From an uncultured Planctomycetota bacterium (lineage in GTDB: Bacteria; Planctomycetota; Planctomycetia; Isosphaerales; Isosphaeraceae), in assembly GCA_963823665.1 (NCBI GenBank), contig CAWGMQ010000003.1, forward strand, positions 1,568,001 through 1,632,000: 64,000 nucleotides of DNA. The letters are read 5' to 3'. Under the pieces are notes generated by a model. The model was not told where the DNA came from. It ran no database searches and saw only the letters and a list, made by a program, of their open reading frames with translations. The first letter of the stretch is position 1; the number at the start of each line of letters is the position of its first letter. The position numbers were made by a program, and so were the translations under genes. This document shows, piece by piece, positions 21,058 through 31,706 of this stretch.

Positions 21058-21070
21058 GTTATAACCCAGG
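21058..21070 (-). promoter_or_regulatory. Putative -10 element (cctgggtTATAAC) upstream of the kinase
   Basis: 12 bp identical to 29906-29917 upstream of the second Uma2 gene. Confidence 0.35.
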
Positions 21071-21115
21071 GCCCGGCGCGATGCGAATCGGGAACTGGGC
21101 GTGTCGAGGACTTCC

Positions 21116-21679
21116 ATGATCGCCTGGTCAGAAATCTTTGGGCAAGCGCTTGAGTACACCTCATTCCTCGACCGGTATGCTAGCGCGGCCCAGCGCCAGC
21201 GCTGGGATGGGATGCACGATCGGTTCGCGCTCACAGCGGAGCAGTCTCATCTCCTTGCTGGTTTCTCGCGCCGCATGCCGGTGCTTTGCCTGGCGGGAGC
21301 GTGGTGTGGCGACTGCGTGAATCAATGCCCGGTGTTCGATCATTTCGCGCGGGCTTCCTCGCAGATCGAGCTTCGCTTCCTCGATCGAGATGCCCGGCCG
21401 GAGGTTCGTTCTCAGCTTGAGATCAACGGCGGGCAGCGTGTTCCGGTGGTGGTGTTCCTGAGTGAAGACTGGTACGAGGTGGCGCGGTTTGGCGATCGAC
21501 CGCTCTCCACCTATCGCCAGATGGCGGCCCAGGCATTGGGCGCTGCGTGCCCGAGCGGGTCGTTTGCACCGCCGGCGGAGACGATGGCGACCATCACACG
21601 GGATTGGTTGAACGAATTCGAGCGGGCGCAGCTTATCCTTCGGCTGTCGCCGCGGCTGCGGGGGCGATACGGGGATTAG
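21116..21679 (+). CDS. Thioredoxin family protein
   Basis: WCGDC motif, RFLDRD, GGQRVPVVVF; GAGGA RBS. Confidence 0.85.
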   Translation: MIAWSEIFGQALEYTSFLDRYASAAQRQRWDGMHDRFALTAEQSHLLAGFSRRMPVLCLAGAWCGDCVNQCPVFDHFARASSQIELRFLDRDARPEVRSQLEINGGQRVPVVVFLSEDWYEVARFGDRPLSTYRQMAAQALGAACPSGSFAPPAETMATITRDWLNEFERAQLILRLSPRLRGRYGD

Positions 21680-21713
21680 GGAGATTCCGGCAACTCTTCG
21701 CATGTGCGACCGA

Positions 21714-22505
21714 TCAAGGCCGTGCGGGCGCGGCGGCGGGGTTCATGCCCTTGCCCTGAGACTCGGCCTCGCGTCGCAAGACCTGCAAGATCAGCCACAT
21801 CCGCCAGTCGATTCGGGCGCCCAAGGAGTTATCCTTCGGCTCGTTCTCCTTGGATGAATCGATCCAAGCGGTGGCTTTGTCTAGCCATCGCCGCGCCTCG
21901 CCGGTGTTGCCCAGGTGCTGATGGGCCATGGCCAGGAAGAGCCAGTCCCTGGGGTCACCGCCTTTTTGTTGAGCTTTCATTCCTGCGTCCAGAAGCTCGA
22001 CCGCCGCCTCGAACCGGCCGGCGCGATAGGTCGCGGCCCCGAGGAACAAGAAGGGAACACGGAGATCGGCCTCGGTCTTCGCCGTCGCGGCACTCTGCGC
22101 CAGACGCTCGATCGCCTCGCGAGGGGCAGTAGCGTCCGGAGCCAGAGCACAGGCGAAGACCAGAAGAGCGACTGTGTCCTTGGGGTCGTTGAGCCGGCTG
22201 TGCAGGTCGAGAAGCGTGGCGCACGAGCGACGATAAGCCCCCATGTCGTTCGCGGTGAGCATCTGGGCCAGACGAATCCAGTCATCCGATTTTCGGTCGT
22301 CGCTGATCGGGAGATCCCAAACCCGCGCCGTCTTATCCTCACTAGCGGTAACGATGCGTCGGCCGTCCGGACTGAACGCAGCGTCGTTCACCAAGCCATC
22401 ATGCTTCATCGGCGGCGTGATGAGCTGGCCCGTTTCGATGTCCCAGACTCGCGACTCTCTGCCCCACTGGAAACGATGCGTCGGCCGTCCGGGCTGAACA
22501 GCGCG
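21714..22505 (-). pseudogene. 3' remnant of a WD40/TPR protein
   Basis: FSPDGRRIVTASEDKTARVWD plus a preceding broken WD40 unit; TPR tail DWLFLAMAHQHLG; no 5' part. Confidence 0.7.
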
Positions 22506-22950
22506 CTACTTAGGGACCAGCGGATGGAGTGACCAGCCCGGCACCGGGGCGGGATCCGTATGAGGATCGCCTAGGGCATCGAGGTAGAGCCGGCCCGGAC
22601 GTGGCAGCGCGGAGGCTTCGGACTCGTGGCGTTCCACCGATTCGAGCCGGCGAAAGGTCTCGCCCGCCATCTCGCAGCGCTCGATCGGCCAGGCACCGGA
22701 CACCTGGCGGCGGACGTCGGCGACGTAGACCAGCCGACGGCCGGCGAGCACATCGAGCCGGGCGAGAATCTCGCCCACGCCGAGCAGGATGGCTTTGCCG
22801 ATCCGGTCGTAGAACGCGGCGTCGCGCTGGCCCGGGGCGCCGTGGCCAAGCTCCTGGTTGCGGTAGCGGACCATCCGCTCGAACAACTCGCTGAGTCGGA
22901 CCGTGACCCGGCCGCCGGTGGTGCCATCGAGGGTTTCATGGATGCGGCAC
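22506..22950 (-). pseudogene. Internal fragment of a larger protein carrying an RNxxxGHG (HEPN-like) motif
   Basis: LSELFERMVRYRNQELGHGA...SLHPLV; coding-like bias, truncated at both ends. Confidence 0.5.
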
Positions 22951-23048
22951 GATGCGGAGAGCTTGTTGAAACGTGGGTATGATGTGGCAGGATCTATGGG
23001 ACCAGAGCAACGGGTTCGAAACGACTTCGCGCAATTGACGCTTAGCGC

Positions 23049-23096
23049 GCCGCGGAGCGGCACGAAGACCGTTTCGACGCGGAGCGTCGGAACGAG
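23049..23096. repeat. Composite palindromic repeat
   Basis: gccgcggagcggc...tttcgacgcggagcgtcggaacgag. Confidence 0.8.
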
Positions 23097-23156
23097 GAAG
23101 CGTCGATTCGTGGGGTTTGCTCGTTCGCGAACGGATTGATCTCAAGAAGAAATGCA

Positions 23157-23531
23157 ATGCTGGCCAAACGCATTTACCGAATCCTGTTCGCGGTCTGGGG
23201 CCTTGTGGGTGTTTTCGCGCCCATGATGATGATGGAATTCGGTCGTGGTGGGGGATCAGTGATCGTCGCGTGGTTTGCATCTCTTCCCCTCATTCTGCCC
23301 GCCGTCCTCTTCTGGATCGTCGATAGCCGATTTGGAACGCGGCATGTCACCGAGGGGCTGTTCTGGGGGAGCGCGCACAGCCCTCCGTTTCTGACGCCTG
23401 CGGGCATCGCGGTCGTCTATTTCATCCCGGCGATTATCGGCATTGCTTGGTCGTTTCGACGGCCGACTGTGACGGAGACGAAGTCACGCGAGGTTCCGTA
23501 TTCGCCGGGTGGAGATCGGGGCATCCGGTAA
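23157..23531 (+). CDS. Hypothetical membrane protein
   Basis: Three hydrophobic segments. Confidence 0.6.
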   Translation: MLAKRIYRILFAVWGLVGVFAPMMMMEFGRGGGSVIVAWFASLPLILPAVLFWIVDSRFGTRHVTEGLFWGSAHSPPFLTPAGIAVVYFIPAIIGIAWSFRRPTVTETKSREVPYSPGGDRGIR

Positions 23532-23545
23532 GATGGACGCGCTGC

Positions 23546-24409
23546 TCACCGGGGATCGGCAGATGGGTGTGGAGATGCCTCTGCTGACCTACGGAGCCGG
23601 GCTTCGACCGCGGTGAGCGAGTTCTCGATGCGCTGGGCTAAATCGGACCCGGGTTGGGCCTTGTCGCGTGCTTTTCGCAATTCGGCGATCGCCGCATCGA
23701 GATTTCCGTGGGCCGCAAGGGCGCACCCAAGGTTGAACAGAACGCTGGGATTCTCGGGCATGTACCAAGTGGCATTGCGGTATTCGCCGATTGCCTCGGC
23801 TAGCTTGCCCTGGGCTTGCAAGGCGCTGGCGAGGTTCGTGTGGAACTCGCCAACATCCGTCTTGATCCGGATCGCCTCCCGGTAATGCGCAGTCGCCTCA
23901 TCGAGCTTACCTTGATCAGCAAGGATGACTCCGAGATTGTGGTGGGCGAGTGCGTTGTAGGAATCAAGGCCGATCGCAACGCGGTATTCCGCGAGTGCCT
24001 CTTCGAGGTTCTGTTTTCTTTGGAGGGCGACGGCGAGCAGGTAGTGCGCTCCGGCTTCGTGCGGCTTGGATTTGATCACGCGACGGAGTTCTTTGATCGC
24101 CTCGGTCAGCTTGCCCTGGCGAAGGAGGTCGGCGCCCTTCTCCGGCACGAGCGAGCGCTTCGGTGTGGGAATTGGCGGACGATCCCGTGCGGATGAAATC
24201 ATGGAAGAAAACAGGATGATGATCAGGATTACCCAGAATCCCGAGAGCTTGCGGCGAGGGCGATCCATCCGAGGCGGGAGAAGTGGTGGAGCCGCGGTCT
24301 TGCCAGGCATGGCGTCTGACCGCACGCAGCGCGAGCAGAACGGCGCGAGGTCGTCGGGCGCGAATGGGGCGCCGCAGCGCGGGCAGGTGCCGAGGTTTTG
24401 GTTATCCAT
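23546..24409 (-). CDS. Membrane-anchored TPR protein with N-terminal Zn-knuckle
   Basis: CPRCG...CSRC, a TM helix, about 5 TPRs (AHHNLGVILADQGKLDEA); TATAAT at 24461-24466 upstream. Confidence 0.8.
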   Translation of the reverse strand: MDNQNLGTCPRCGAPFAPDDLAPFCSRCVRSDAMPGKTAAPPLLPPRMDRPRRKLSGFWVILIIILFSSMISSARDRPPIPTPKRSLVPEKGADLLRQGKLTEAIKELRRVIKSKPHEAGAHYLLAVALQRKQNLEEALAEYRVAIGLDSYNALAHHNLGVILADQGKLDEATAHYREAIRIKTDVGEFHTNLASALQAQGKLAEAIGEYRNATWYMPENPSVLFNLGCALAAHGNLDAAIAELRKARDKAQPGSDLAQRIENSLTAVEARLRRSAEASPHPSADPR

Positions 24410-24602
24410 GGTGTCGGGGCCTGTCAGTCTCGGAGCGTGGATCAATTCGGAGCTTAGAGCATTATAGCCGAGACCGATCAGGAATCTGGCATCGCTACTG
24501 AGCATTTCTGTCTCGGCTTCGATGAGAATTGTGAGTCGCTGGTAGAATCAATGGTCGGAGCCGGCGGGCCAATTCATCTCGCTACTTCATGAGAGGTTCC
24601 GT

Positions 24603-25281
24603 ATGCGACAGCGGTCGCCGATCGCGGCAGGGCTTCGGCTGGTTCAGAAGATACCGTTCATTCTCGGGTTGCTGTTGCTCTGGGCTGGCCTGTTGCTCCT
24701 TCTGCTTGTATTTGCGACGGCGGGGATGAATAATTCCGCGCTCGATGGCTGGGGACTGCCCCGCGCCGTCTTGAGGGGCGAATTGTTGCCTGCCACGCTC
24801 GGAGCACTGGTGCTCACCGTCGCCGGTTTTCTCCTTGCTCAGATGCGTCCCGGAGAGTCGCCGACTGCCCTTACAATCGACGTGCAACGCCGTTCGGGCG
24901 AAGATCTCGTCCGGAATGCGTCCACGGTCGCAATTCACGCTCAGGCGGGTGATGCTGTGGGTGGCGATCGCGGCGATCGCTTCTTTCATCGTTTTGGAAA
25001 TCTTGGATCCGTTTCCGCCGCGCAGCAAGACGGTTGACATTCTGGTTGGTGCCGCTGTGTCGGGAGCGTTCGGCGTGGGAGCGGTCCGTCACCCTCGTAT
25101 CTTTCTCGCGATCGCTATTGTGGTCTGGATATTTGCGCCTGTCATTCACGACGGGTTCAATGCGGCGACGCTTTCCGCTGGAGGATCGGCGCTTGCCTGG
25201 ATGATCGGTGCTCCGGCTGGATACTATTCTCGACGGCGAGAAAGGCGTCAGAATTCCCAGGCCGCCAAGAGGAAAAAGTAG
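24603..25281 (+). CDS. Hypothetical membrane protein (probable frameshift near 24840, or two small genes)
   Basis: TM-rich first half of ORF 24603..25037; QFTLRRVMLWVAIAA plus TM segments in ORF 24835..25281. Confidence 0.5.
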
Positions 25282-25465
25282 GCTCTAACGTGGCTAGTGA
25301 GGAAAATACCGGCCCATGTACCAAAAAAGATAGGCGACCGCAAATCCGGTAATTATCAGAAAGATACCTGAAGCGATGGCTGTGCCGCCACGAAGAGTTG
25401 TGCTCCGGGTTAGCCTGACCTTTTGACTCACGACAACGACGATTCCGACAGTATTGTCCCGGGAC

Positions 25466-25495
25466 CAGATTGGCATCAACCAGGAGCGTGACCAC
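25466..25495 (-). pseudogene. First ~10 codons of a DUF5615/PIN-like toxin
   Basis: GTG-start MVTLLVDANL overlapping the DUF433 3' end, then unrelated sequence. Confidence 0.5.
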
Positions 25496-25859
25496 CGTTT
25501 CTCTCCGCATCTTCCTGCCGGCGGCTGCGCAGTTTTTCTCGCAAGCGCTCGATGCGCTCTTCTGCAGGATCCGCACGGTCGATTTCGTGATACAGGCCCC
25601 GGGCTTTCTGCTCCGCGATTTCTTTCTTGATGCGTTCCTCGACGTAGCGATCTTCCTCGACCAGCTCGTCGTGATGTTCCTTCACGTACTCGACAACGGC
25701 GTCGAATTGATCGCGGGTCAAGCTGGGCATAGCACGGTGAATGAAGTCGAAATCGTGGCCGCGTTGCAGGTAGTAAAATACATCCAGCACCGTCAGCCGA
25801 TGTCCTTCGATCTGCGGGCCGCGACCGATATCGACGATACGCACCGAATTCGTGATCAT
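25476..25859 (-). CDS. DUF433 family (antitoxin-like) protein
   Basis: GRGPQIEGHRLTVLDV...LTRDQFDAVVEY. Confidence 0.8.
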   Translation of the reverse strand: MITNSVRIVDIGRGPQIEGHRLTVLDVFYYLQRGHDFDFIHRAMPSLTRDQFDAVVEYVKEHHDELVEEDRYVEERIKKEIAEQKARGLYHEIDRADPAEERIERLREKLRSRRQEDAERNGGHAPG

Positions 25860-25944
25860 TGGGTCTTTCTGAAGTGATGAGTAGGGCAATCGAATTCATC
25901 TTAGAGTAGAGCGGAGTAGAATGGCAGCTCAGGTTCCCGATGGT

Positions 25945-27141
25945 TCAATCGGCACGTCGCGAGACGGACTTGATCACCTGCGTCCAGCGGCGGAACCACT
26001 TGTTTCCCAGGTCGCTCATGACATGAGTTGATTGGAGCCGAATCTGCTCGAGCTGCTTCAGGTTTTCTCGACCGGCAGAGGCTGATATCGACTCGATGTC
26101 GCCTTGCAGGCCGTTTGCTCGTTCGGCTTCATCGAGCGCCTGCTGTAACTCGGCCTTGCTCTGCTTCGGGAGGCTTCTGTCCAGCGGCTTTCTCCTCGAG
26201 AGGAGATGTTCGATCGCCGCACGCATCTCGTTTCGTACGTCCTCGTGCTTTTCTTTCGAGATCGCGGCTTCCAAGGCGGGTAGTGCGTCTGTCGAGCCGA
26301 TCTCATACAGAGCGTGCGCAGCGCAAAACCGTGACCGGAGCTCGAGACTTCCGAGCATCTGGGTGATCGGCTTGATCGTATCTTCCGCGCCGAGCTGGCC
26401 GAGCGCGAAGGCCGCTCCGGCTGATCCGACGTCGTCGGCCCTCAACATTTCAAGCAGCGCGGGTTTGGCATTCCTGTCCATGAAATACCCGAGCACGATG
26501 GCGGCGTTATTGCGGACGAAGGGGTCGTCATGTTTCAGCATCGGGTAGAGATACGGTATGACGTCGCGTCCGTAGCTCAGGAAGACGTACGCAAGACATT
26601 CACTTGACGGGATAGCCCAGGCGTGGAGTGGCAGATTGAGCTGCCCATCGTGCACGTGAAGCATCGAGAAAACTGCCGGCAAGTACTCGGGCCGGCGCTT
26701 CGACGCCAGCTCGCGAGCGGAATAAAAAACCGGCTCGAACGTCGCATCGACCTTCGTGGCTCTCGCCAGGGCCCAAACGAGGAAGGGCTCTCCCTTGTCT
26801 TTCTCGAGCTGCTTGATCGTGCTGGCGATCATGATTCGTTCCCAGTCATCCTTGCTATTGCGCATGAGCGAAGCGCCCGCAGCGCACGTCGCCTGCGGAA
26901 TTGCTTCCAAAGTCTTGTAGGCCGCATCGACGCTCCGCTCGGCCTGCTGTTGCTCGGCCTCGGTCTTGTATTCCCGCTCGGGGCGGTGGCTGCAAAGCGT
27001 TGCCCATGCTTCGGACGCACGCCGCTTGGCGTCGGGAGCCGCGCTCTGCCAGGTTTCCCAGTTCGGCTCGGCGATCGGCGGCAAGGCCTTTGCGGCGGGC
27101 TGGATGGCCGTTAACGCGACGACTGTGACGAGAATGAGCAT
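25945..27141 (-). CDS. Secreted HEAT-repeat protein
   Basis: Signal-like N-terminus; VRNNAAIVLG, AAFALGQLG, AAHALYEIG. Confidence 0.8.
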   Translation of the reverse strand: MLILVTVVALTAIQPAAKALPPIAEPNWETWQSAAPDAKRRASEAWATLCSHRPEREYKTEAEQQQAERSVDAAYKTLEAIPQATCAAGASLMRNSKDDWERIMIASTIKQLEKDKGEPFLVWALARATKVDATFEPVFYSARELASKRRPEYLPAVFSMLHVHDGQLNLPLHAWAIPSSECLAYVFLSYGRDVIPYLYPMLKHDDPFVRNNAAIVLGYFMDRNAKPALLEMLRADDVGSAGAAFALGQLGAEDTIKPITQMLGSLELRSRFCAAHALYEIGSTDALPALEAAISKEKHEDVRNEMRAAIEHLLSRRKPLDRSLPKQSKAELQQALDEAERANGLQGDIESISASAGRENLKQLEQIRLQSTHVMSDLGNKWFRRWTQVIKSVSRRAD

Positions 27142-27547
27142 GGTGGTGAAACCTGAAACCGAGAGCCAGGAAGGAACAGATGACTGCCGCGTTGTAGACT
27201 ATTCGCAACTTCTCCCAGGCGACAAAGACGCGATGAGCTGGCACATCTCCGAACTGCTTCCAGGCGAAAACGAGGCGTGAGTCGGCCGTGGGATCGATCC
27301 CGTCAGTTGAGCAGGGTGTGGTCGAGAAGCCTGAACGATCTGGCTCACTGAGTCAGATGTTCGATTCTATCATTTCGTCGGGATTCGGACTCGATCGTTC
27401 TGGCCTTCCATCGCGATGGCCTTTGTGGTTTCGGAACGACGTTGCACGCGCTTTTCACGAACGATCGTGCTTCGCTCGGATGCCGAGAATGCCAGAAGGC
27501 GCATGGCCAAGCGCGGATGGCGTGCGGGGAAGTCAGACGTCAAGCGC

Positions 27548-27631
27548 GCCGCGGAGCGGCACAAACACCGTTCCGACGCGGAGCGTCGGAACGAGGGACA
27601 AGGGACACACTTTCGCGGAGCGAAAGGCGAC
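27548..27631. repeat. Three-hairpin composite repeat
   Basis: gccgcggagcggc, ttccgacgcggagcgtcggaa and tttcgcggagcgaaaggcgac in series. Confidence 0.8.
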
Positions 27632-27889
27632 ACTGGGGTGCGGATCCAGGTTGATCGCTGGTTCGACGTGACCTTGCAGCTCGCAGCGAGCGGCGCACCA
27701 GTTTGCGGATGTCGGGGGCGATCGTCTCGAGGAGGTTTTCCACGGCTCCAGCAGGCGGGTCGATTGCGACCAGCGCGTCGGCAAGGGCTTCTGAGCCAGT
27801 ACAAGTGACCTCGGCATTCCGGATCGCGTCGCGGACACGTCGGTATCAGCCAGTTGAGCATCGTCGGGAGCACCTACGCACCTACCTTA

Positions 27890-28820
27890 TCATGGAGTGC
27901 TCGTCGGCTCGGACCCGTGTCGCTCGTACCAACGGAGCACCCGAAGTGCGCGGAGTGTGTTCCAGCGACTTGGTTCACCCACGGATTCGCCTAACGGGAT
28001 GGCGAGCGCCTCGTCGTGCGCGACATCGAGGAGCCATCGACCATCGGCCTGCCGCCTGCTGTCGACGACGTGCACGGCATCCTTGACGCGCACGTCGGGC
28101 TGAACGCCGGCGTCCCTGAGGTAGTCGAGCGCACGGAGGATGTCGTAGTGGTAGCGGGGGGGGAACGAGAACTTCAGGAACGCGGGATTCGCGACTTCGC
28201 CGGTCGAGAGTCGTCTGAAGAGGGCTCGCTTGAGCAGGTACTCCTCGCCTCGCCGCCTAGCGGCCGCGATCTCCGGCGGGGACCCGACGGCACGTTCGTA
28301 CTCGAGTAACCCCTCCAGCACGCAGATCGTGGTGTGGTACGACGAGCGCACGCTCTTCGGCGCTTCACAGTTCCAACCGCGGTCTTCGAGCTGCTCGCCG
28401 ACGAGACGGCGCGCGAGGCTCTCTGTCGGGCGCCCGAAGTAGCGCGCCAATCGCGAGCGCGCCTCCATTGATGCACGGCTCTACTTCCCCCTCGAAGAAC
28501 GGCTTCGCGCCGAATTCCTCGTCCCAGCGGAAGCCCGCCTCGAGACGAGCCATCGCGGACTCGACGGCAGGTTCGGCACGGTCGGCGCCGGTCGCGCGCA
28601 GGAGGAGCAACGTGTAGAGGGTCGGCAACCAGACGGGTTCGTCGGTAAGGTGCCACGAGCCGTCCGACCCCTGGCTGGCGAGAATTTCGGCCCCGATCCC
28701 TTCGCGCGGCACGCGGGCGCGCTCCGCGGCGATCGCCGCCGGGGAGGCGTCGGTCAGATCGCGCATCGCCTGCCAGCGTATTGCCGGGTCCGAATCGAGC
28801 AGCCAATCGATGGTATTCAT
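27890..28820 (-). CDS. Prenyltransferase/squalene-cyclase-like hypothetical protein (frameshift near 28450)
   Basis: WLLDSDPAIRWQAMRDL, EVEPCING, QLEDRGWNCE, FPPRYHYDILRALDY, SRWNTLRALRVL. Confidence 0.7.
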
Positions 28821-29070
28821 GACGCGATATCGCCTTTTTCGACAGCTTCCACGTGGACAGATGGCGTTTCACCGAGCTCTACCCGTCGTTGAAATGTGAT
28901 AGAGTCCCCCATCGACATTTTCACGCGATCTCTCGATCGTTACCAACGCATCGCGTCTGAGTCAGAGACTCAAAAGCCTTGAGAAGGGTTGGCAAATTGA
29001 TCCGGGACGGTGTGCGCTGGAAGCGCATCCTCCGAGATGCCAAACTGACTCACACTGGCGACGCTGGTTG

Positions 29071-29847
29071 TCAGTCTTCGTCGGGACTGGCGCCGAGCTC
29101 CCGCAACTGGGCAGCCAGCCGATTCGCCCGAAGTCGCTCCTGGTCGGCGCGTTTTCGTTCGCTCTCGGCGCGCTCCCGTTCGCTCTCGGCGCGCTCCCTT
29201 TCTTCTTGTGCCCGCTCGGCGCCTGTCGGTATCACTCGGCCCTGTCGATCGCACCAGCGCAGCCAGATGGCTTCGCAATTCTCGAACGCACCTTGCCACA
29301 GCGTCAGCCCCAACCCCACGAACGGCAACCAGCCGGCCGGGCACGGCTCGTAGGTCCTCTCTCGCAGCACAAAAACCCTCAAAGGCTCTGGTTGCACAAT
29401 GAGCCCCGGATCGTGAATCGCGTAGTACGGAATGCCAATCTGGGCATACTTGACCATTTTGTAGGTCGTTTCGCCCCCCTGCGTGTTCGAGACGATTTCC
29501 ACAACCGCTTCCGGAGCCTTGCCAAATTCCCAGATGAAGTACGAGCGATGTTCCTTGGCCAACCAATCGTCCGGCACCTCAACGTCCAAGCTTAGCAACG
29601 CGTCCGGCACCAAAGGCGGTTGGCGGACGGCATAGAACAGGCCGACGTTGGCCGTTGCAAGGAACACCCGGCCGGCATCCCAGGAGCTGTATAGCGGCTC
29701 GGACAGCAGCCGTTGCTGCTTCTCCGAGAAGATATTGTCCTTCGGAGTGTCGTCCTCCGTGACCAGATTGTCCAGACATGGCCGCACTGGCAACTGCGGC
29801 TCGGCCATGACGGCTTGACCAGGAGTAGTCGTGCCAGTATCCGCCAT
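29071..29847 (-). CDS. Uma2 family endonuclease with coiled-coil tail
   Basis: VPDALLSL, SYFIWEFGKAPEAVVEIVS, WLRWCD; ERERAES repeats. Confidence 0.88.
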   Translation of the reverse strand: MADTGTTTPGQAVMAEPQLPVRPCLDNLVTEDDTPKDNIFSEKQQRLLSEPLYSSWDAGRVFLATANVGLFYAVRQPPLVPDALLSLDVEVPDDWLAKEHRSYFIWEFGKAPEAVVEIVSNTQGGETTYKMVKYAQIGIPYYAIHDPGLIVQPEPLRVFVLRERTYEPCPAGWLPFVGLGLTLWQGAFENCEAIWLRWCDRQGRVIPTGAERAQEERERAESERERAESERKRADQERLRANRLAAQLRELGASPDED

Positions 29848-29904
29848 CAACATTCTCCGCACCAATGCGCGTGAGGTAACCCGCGGGCAACACAACGCGC
29901 TGGT

Positions 29905-29917
29905 ATTATAACCCAGG
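29905..29917 (-). promoter_or_regulatory. Putative -10 element (cctgggtTATAAT)
   Basis: Perfect TATAAT about 60 bp upstream of the Uma2 start in high-GC DNA. Confidence 0.45.
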
Positions 29918-30076
29918 TCCATCCCAAGCAGAAGGACGGCGCAGCACCGCATCGGTCGCATCGCAGAGAGCACCAATCGGGAAGTTCATCCCGGCCGGTT
30001 CCTTACCCGCGTTGAGGCCACGTGTATCATAGGGAATTGCGGATCCGTCCCTCTTTCAAACACGGGGAGTTGTCGC

Positions 30077-31084
30077 ATGAGAAACGCGATCAGCTACGCC
30101 TTGGGTGTTTTCTTTGTGTCGACGGGGATCTTGGCCCTTCCGCAGGCGAATGGGCAAACGGGTAAGGCGGCTAATCCGGATTCTCAGTACCGGCTTGGGC
30201 CGGACTCGCTGCCGCAGGAGGGGGTGCCGAAGGGGGAGATCCGCGGGCCGTTCACGCTGCCCAGCCAGGTTTATGCCGGGACGCAGCACACTTACTGGGT
30301 GTATGTTCCGGCGCAGTATGACGCGGCTGTGCCGGCGGCGCTCATGGTTTATCAGGATGGGCAGGCGTTCAAGGATGAGAAGGGGGACATGCGGGCGCAG
30401 AACGTGATGGATAACTTGATCTACCGGCGCGAGATTCCGGTCATGATCGGCGTGTTCATCAACCCCGGACGACGGCCGGATCAGCCGGAGCCGACGCCGC
30501 GCGAGTGGGGTGACCGGACCACCAACCGGCCGACCGAGTACAACTCGCTCGATGACAAATACGCGCGGGTGATCACGGAAGAGTTAATGCCGGCGCTGCG
30601 CAAGGACTACAACATCTCGAAGGATCCGGAGATGCACGGTATCGGCGGGTCGAGCTCGGGGGCGATCGCGGCGTTCACCGTCGCGTGGGAACGGCCGAAC
30701 GAGTTTCGCAAAGTGCTCTCGAACGTGGGCAGCTTCGTGAACCTGCGGGGCGGGCACGTCTACCCGGAGAAAGTTCTCGCGAGCGAGAAAAAGCCGATCC
30801 GTGTTTATCTTTGCGACGGACGGAACGACAACCGCGGCGTTCGCAACGGACGGTACGACGAGACGCGGGACTGGTTTTCTCAGAATGTGCGGCTCATGAA
30901 GGCGCTCTCGCAAAAGGGATATGACGTGAATTACTCATGGGGGATGAACCGGCATGGGCAGAAGTTTGGCGGGGCGATCATGCCGGAAATGATGCGGTGG
31001 CTGTGGCGGGATGGACCGGTGTCGACTGATCCGAATGATGCCATTGAGCGGGGGTTTCGCGGGGCGGCGGGGGGTAAGAAGTAG
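30077..31084 (+). CDS. Alpha/beta hydrolase (enterochelin esterase-like), secreted
   Basis: [16 protein letters not shown], nucleophile elbow GGSSSGA. Confidence 0.88.
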   Translation: MRNAISYALGVFFVSTGILALPQANGQTGKAANPDSQYRLGPDSLPQEGVPKGEIRGPFTLPSQVYAGTQHTYWVYVPAQYDAAVPAALMVYQDGQAFKDEKGDMRAQNVMDNLIYRREIPVMIGVFINPGRRPDQPEPTPREWGDRTTNRPTEYNSLDDKYARVITEELMPALRKDYNISKDPEMHGIGGSSSGAIAAFTVAWERPNEFRKVLSNVGSFVNLRGGHVYPEKVLASEKKPIRVYLCDGRNDNRGVRNGRYDETRDWFSQNVRLMKALSQKGYDVNYSWGMNRHGQKFGGAIMPEMMRWLWRDGPVSTDPNDAIERGFRGAAGGKK

Positions 31085-31090
31085 TTTGAG

Positions 31091-31195
31091 ATTGTCGCGA
31101 CGGCGTCGCGACAATTGACCTGGAGGCGGTTCGTCTTTGGGCAGAAGGCACGCAAGGCAATGAAGAGGGCACTCTTTCGCGGAGCGAAAGGCGAC
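31091..31195. repeat. Perfect 11-bp hairpin (31091-31115) and tttcgcggagcgaaaggcgac REP (31174-31195)
   Basis: attgtcgcgac-ggc-gtcgcgacaat; the REP also occurs at 27611 and in the 49354 array. Confidence 0.7.
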
Positions 31196-31205
31196 TTTGG
31201 CTGGG

Positions 31206-31563
31206 TCAGCGGCGGCCGGGTGAATCATCTGTCTGACCGGCAGGGCGATCGGCTTGCGCAGGCGTGCTTCGCTCGGGCTGCATTTGCTGACGATTGATTG
31301 TGACGGCGGCGTTTGGGTGGCGAGCTTTGGGAATTACCGAGGCCAGGGTCAGGGCCAGGGCGACGAGCGCGAGGATGAGAGTTGACCGTGACAAACCGCG
31401 GTGGCGTTCGATGATGACGATCCGCTCGCCTGGCCGGACTTGGCCGCCTGGGCGACGCGGTGCGGGTGCTGGACCGGGGGCGTTTCCGGACTTTGGTTCC
31501 ACTTCGGGGCGGGGCGAATCTTCGAGATCCGCTTCCCATTCGAAATCGTGATCGATCAGCATT
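31206..31563 (-). CDS. Hypothetical membrane protein
   Basis: Single TM helix LILALVALALTLASVI; start uncertain. Confidence 0.45.
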
Positions 31564-31706
31564 GTTAACGAGGGACACTGGCGAAGGCCCAGTGTCACAG
31601 AACGAGTCTCCTGATCGGGCAAAGTGTGTCATAATTATGGCACATGCCGAATGCGCCGGTCGGGAATGCGCGCATGAAGCGGGCTGCGTCGGGTTGATCG
31701 GAATCG

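Noticed and set aside
27142..27280. Small gene upstream of the HEAT-repeat gene
   Set aside because: Only a short membrane-like stretch (WEKLRIVYNAAV...) without clear boundaries; possibly a remnant, with insufficient support.
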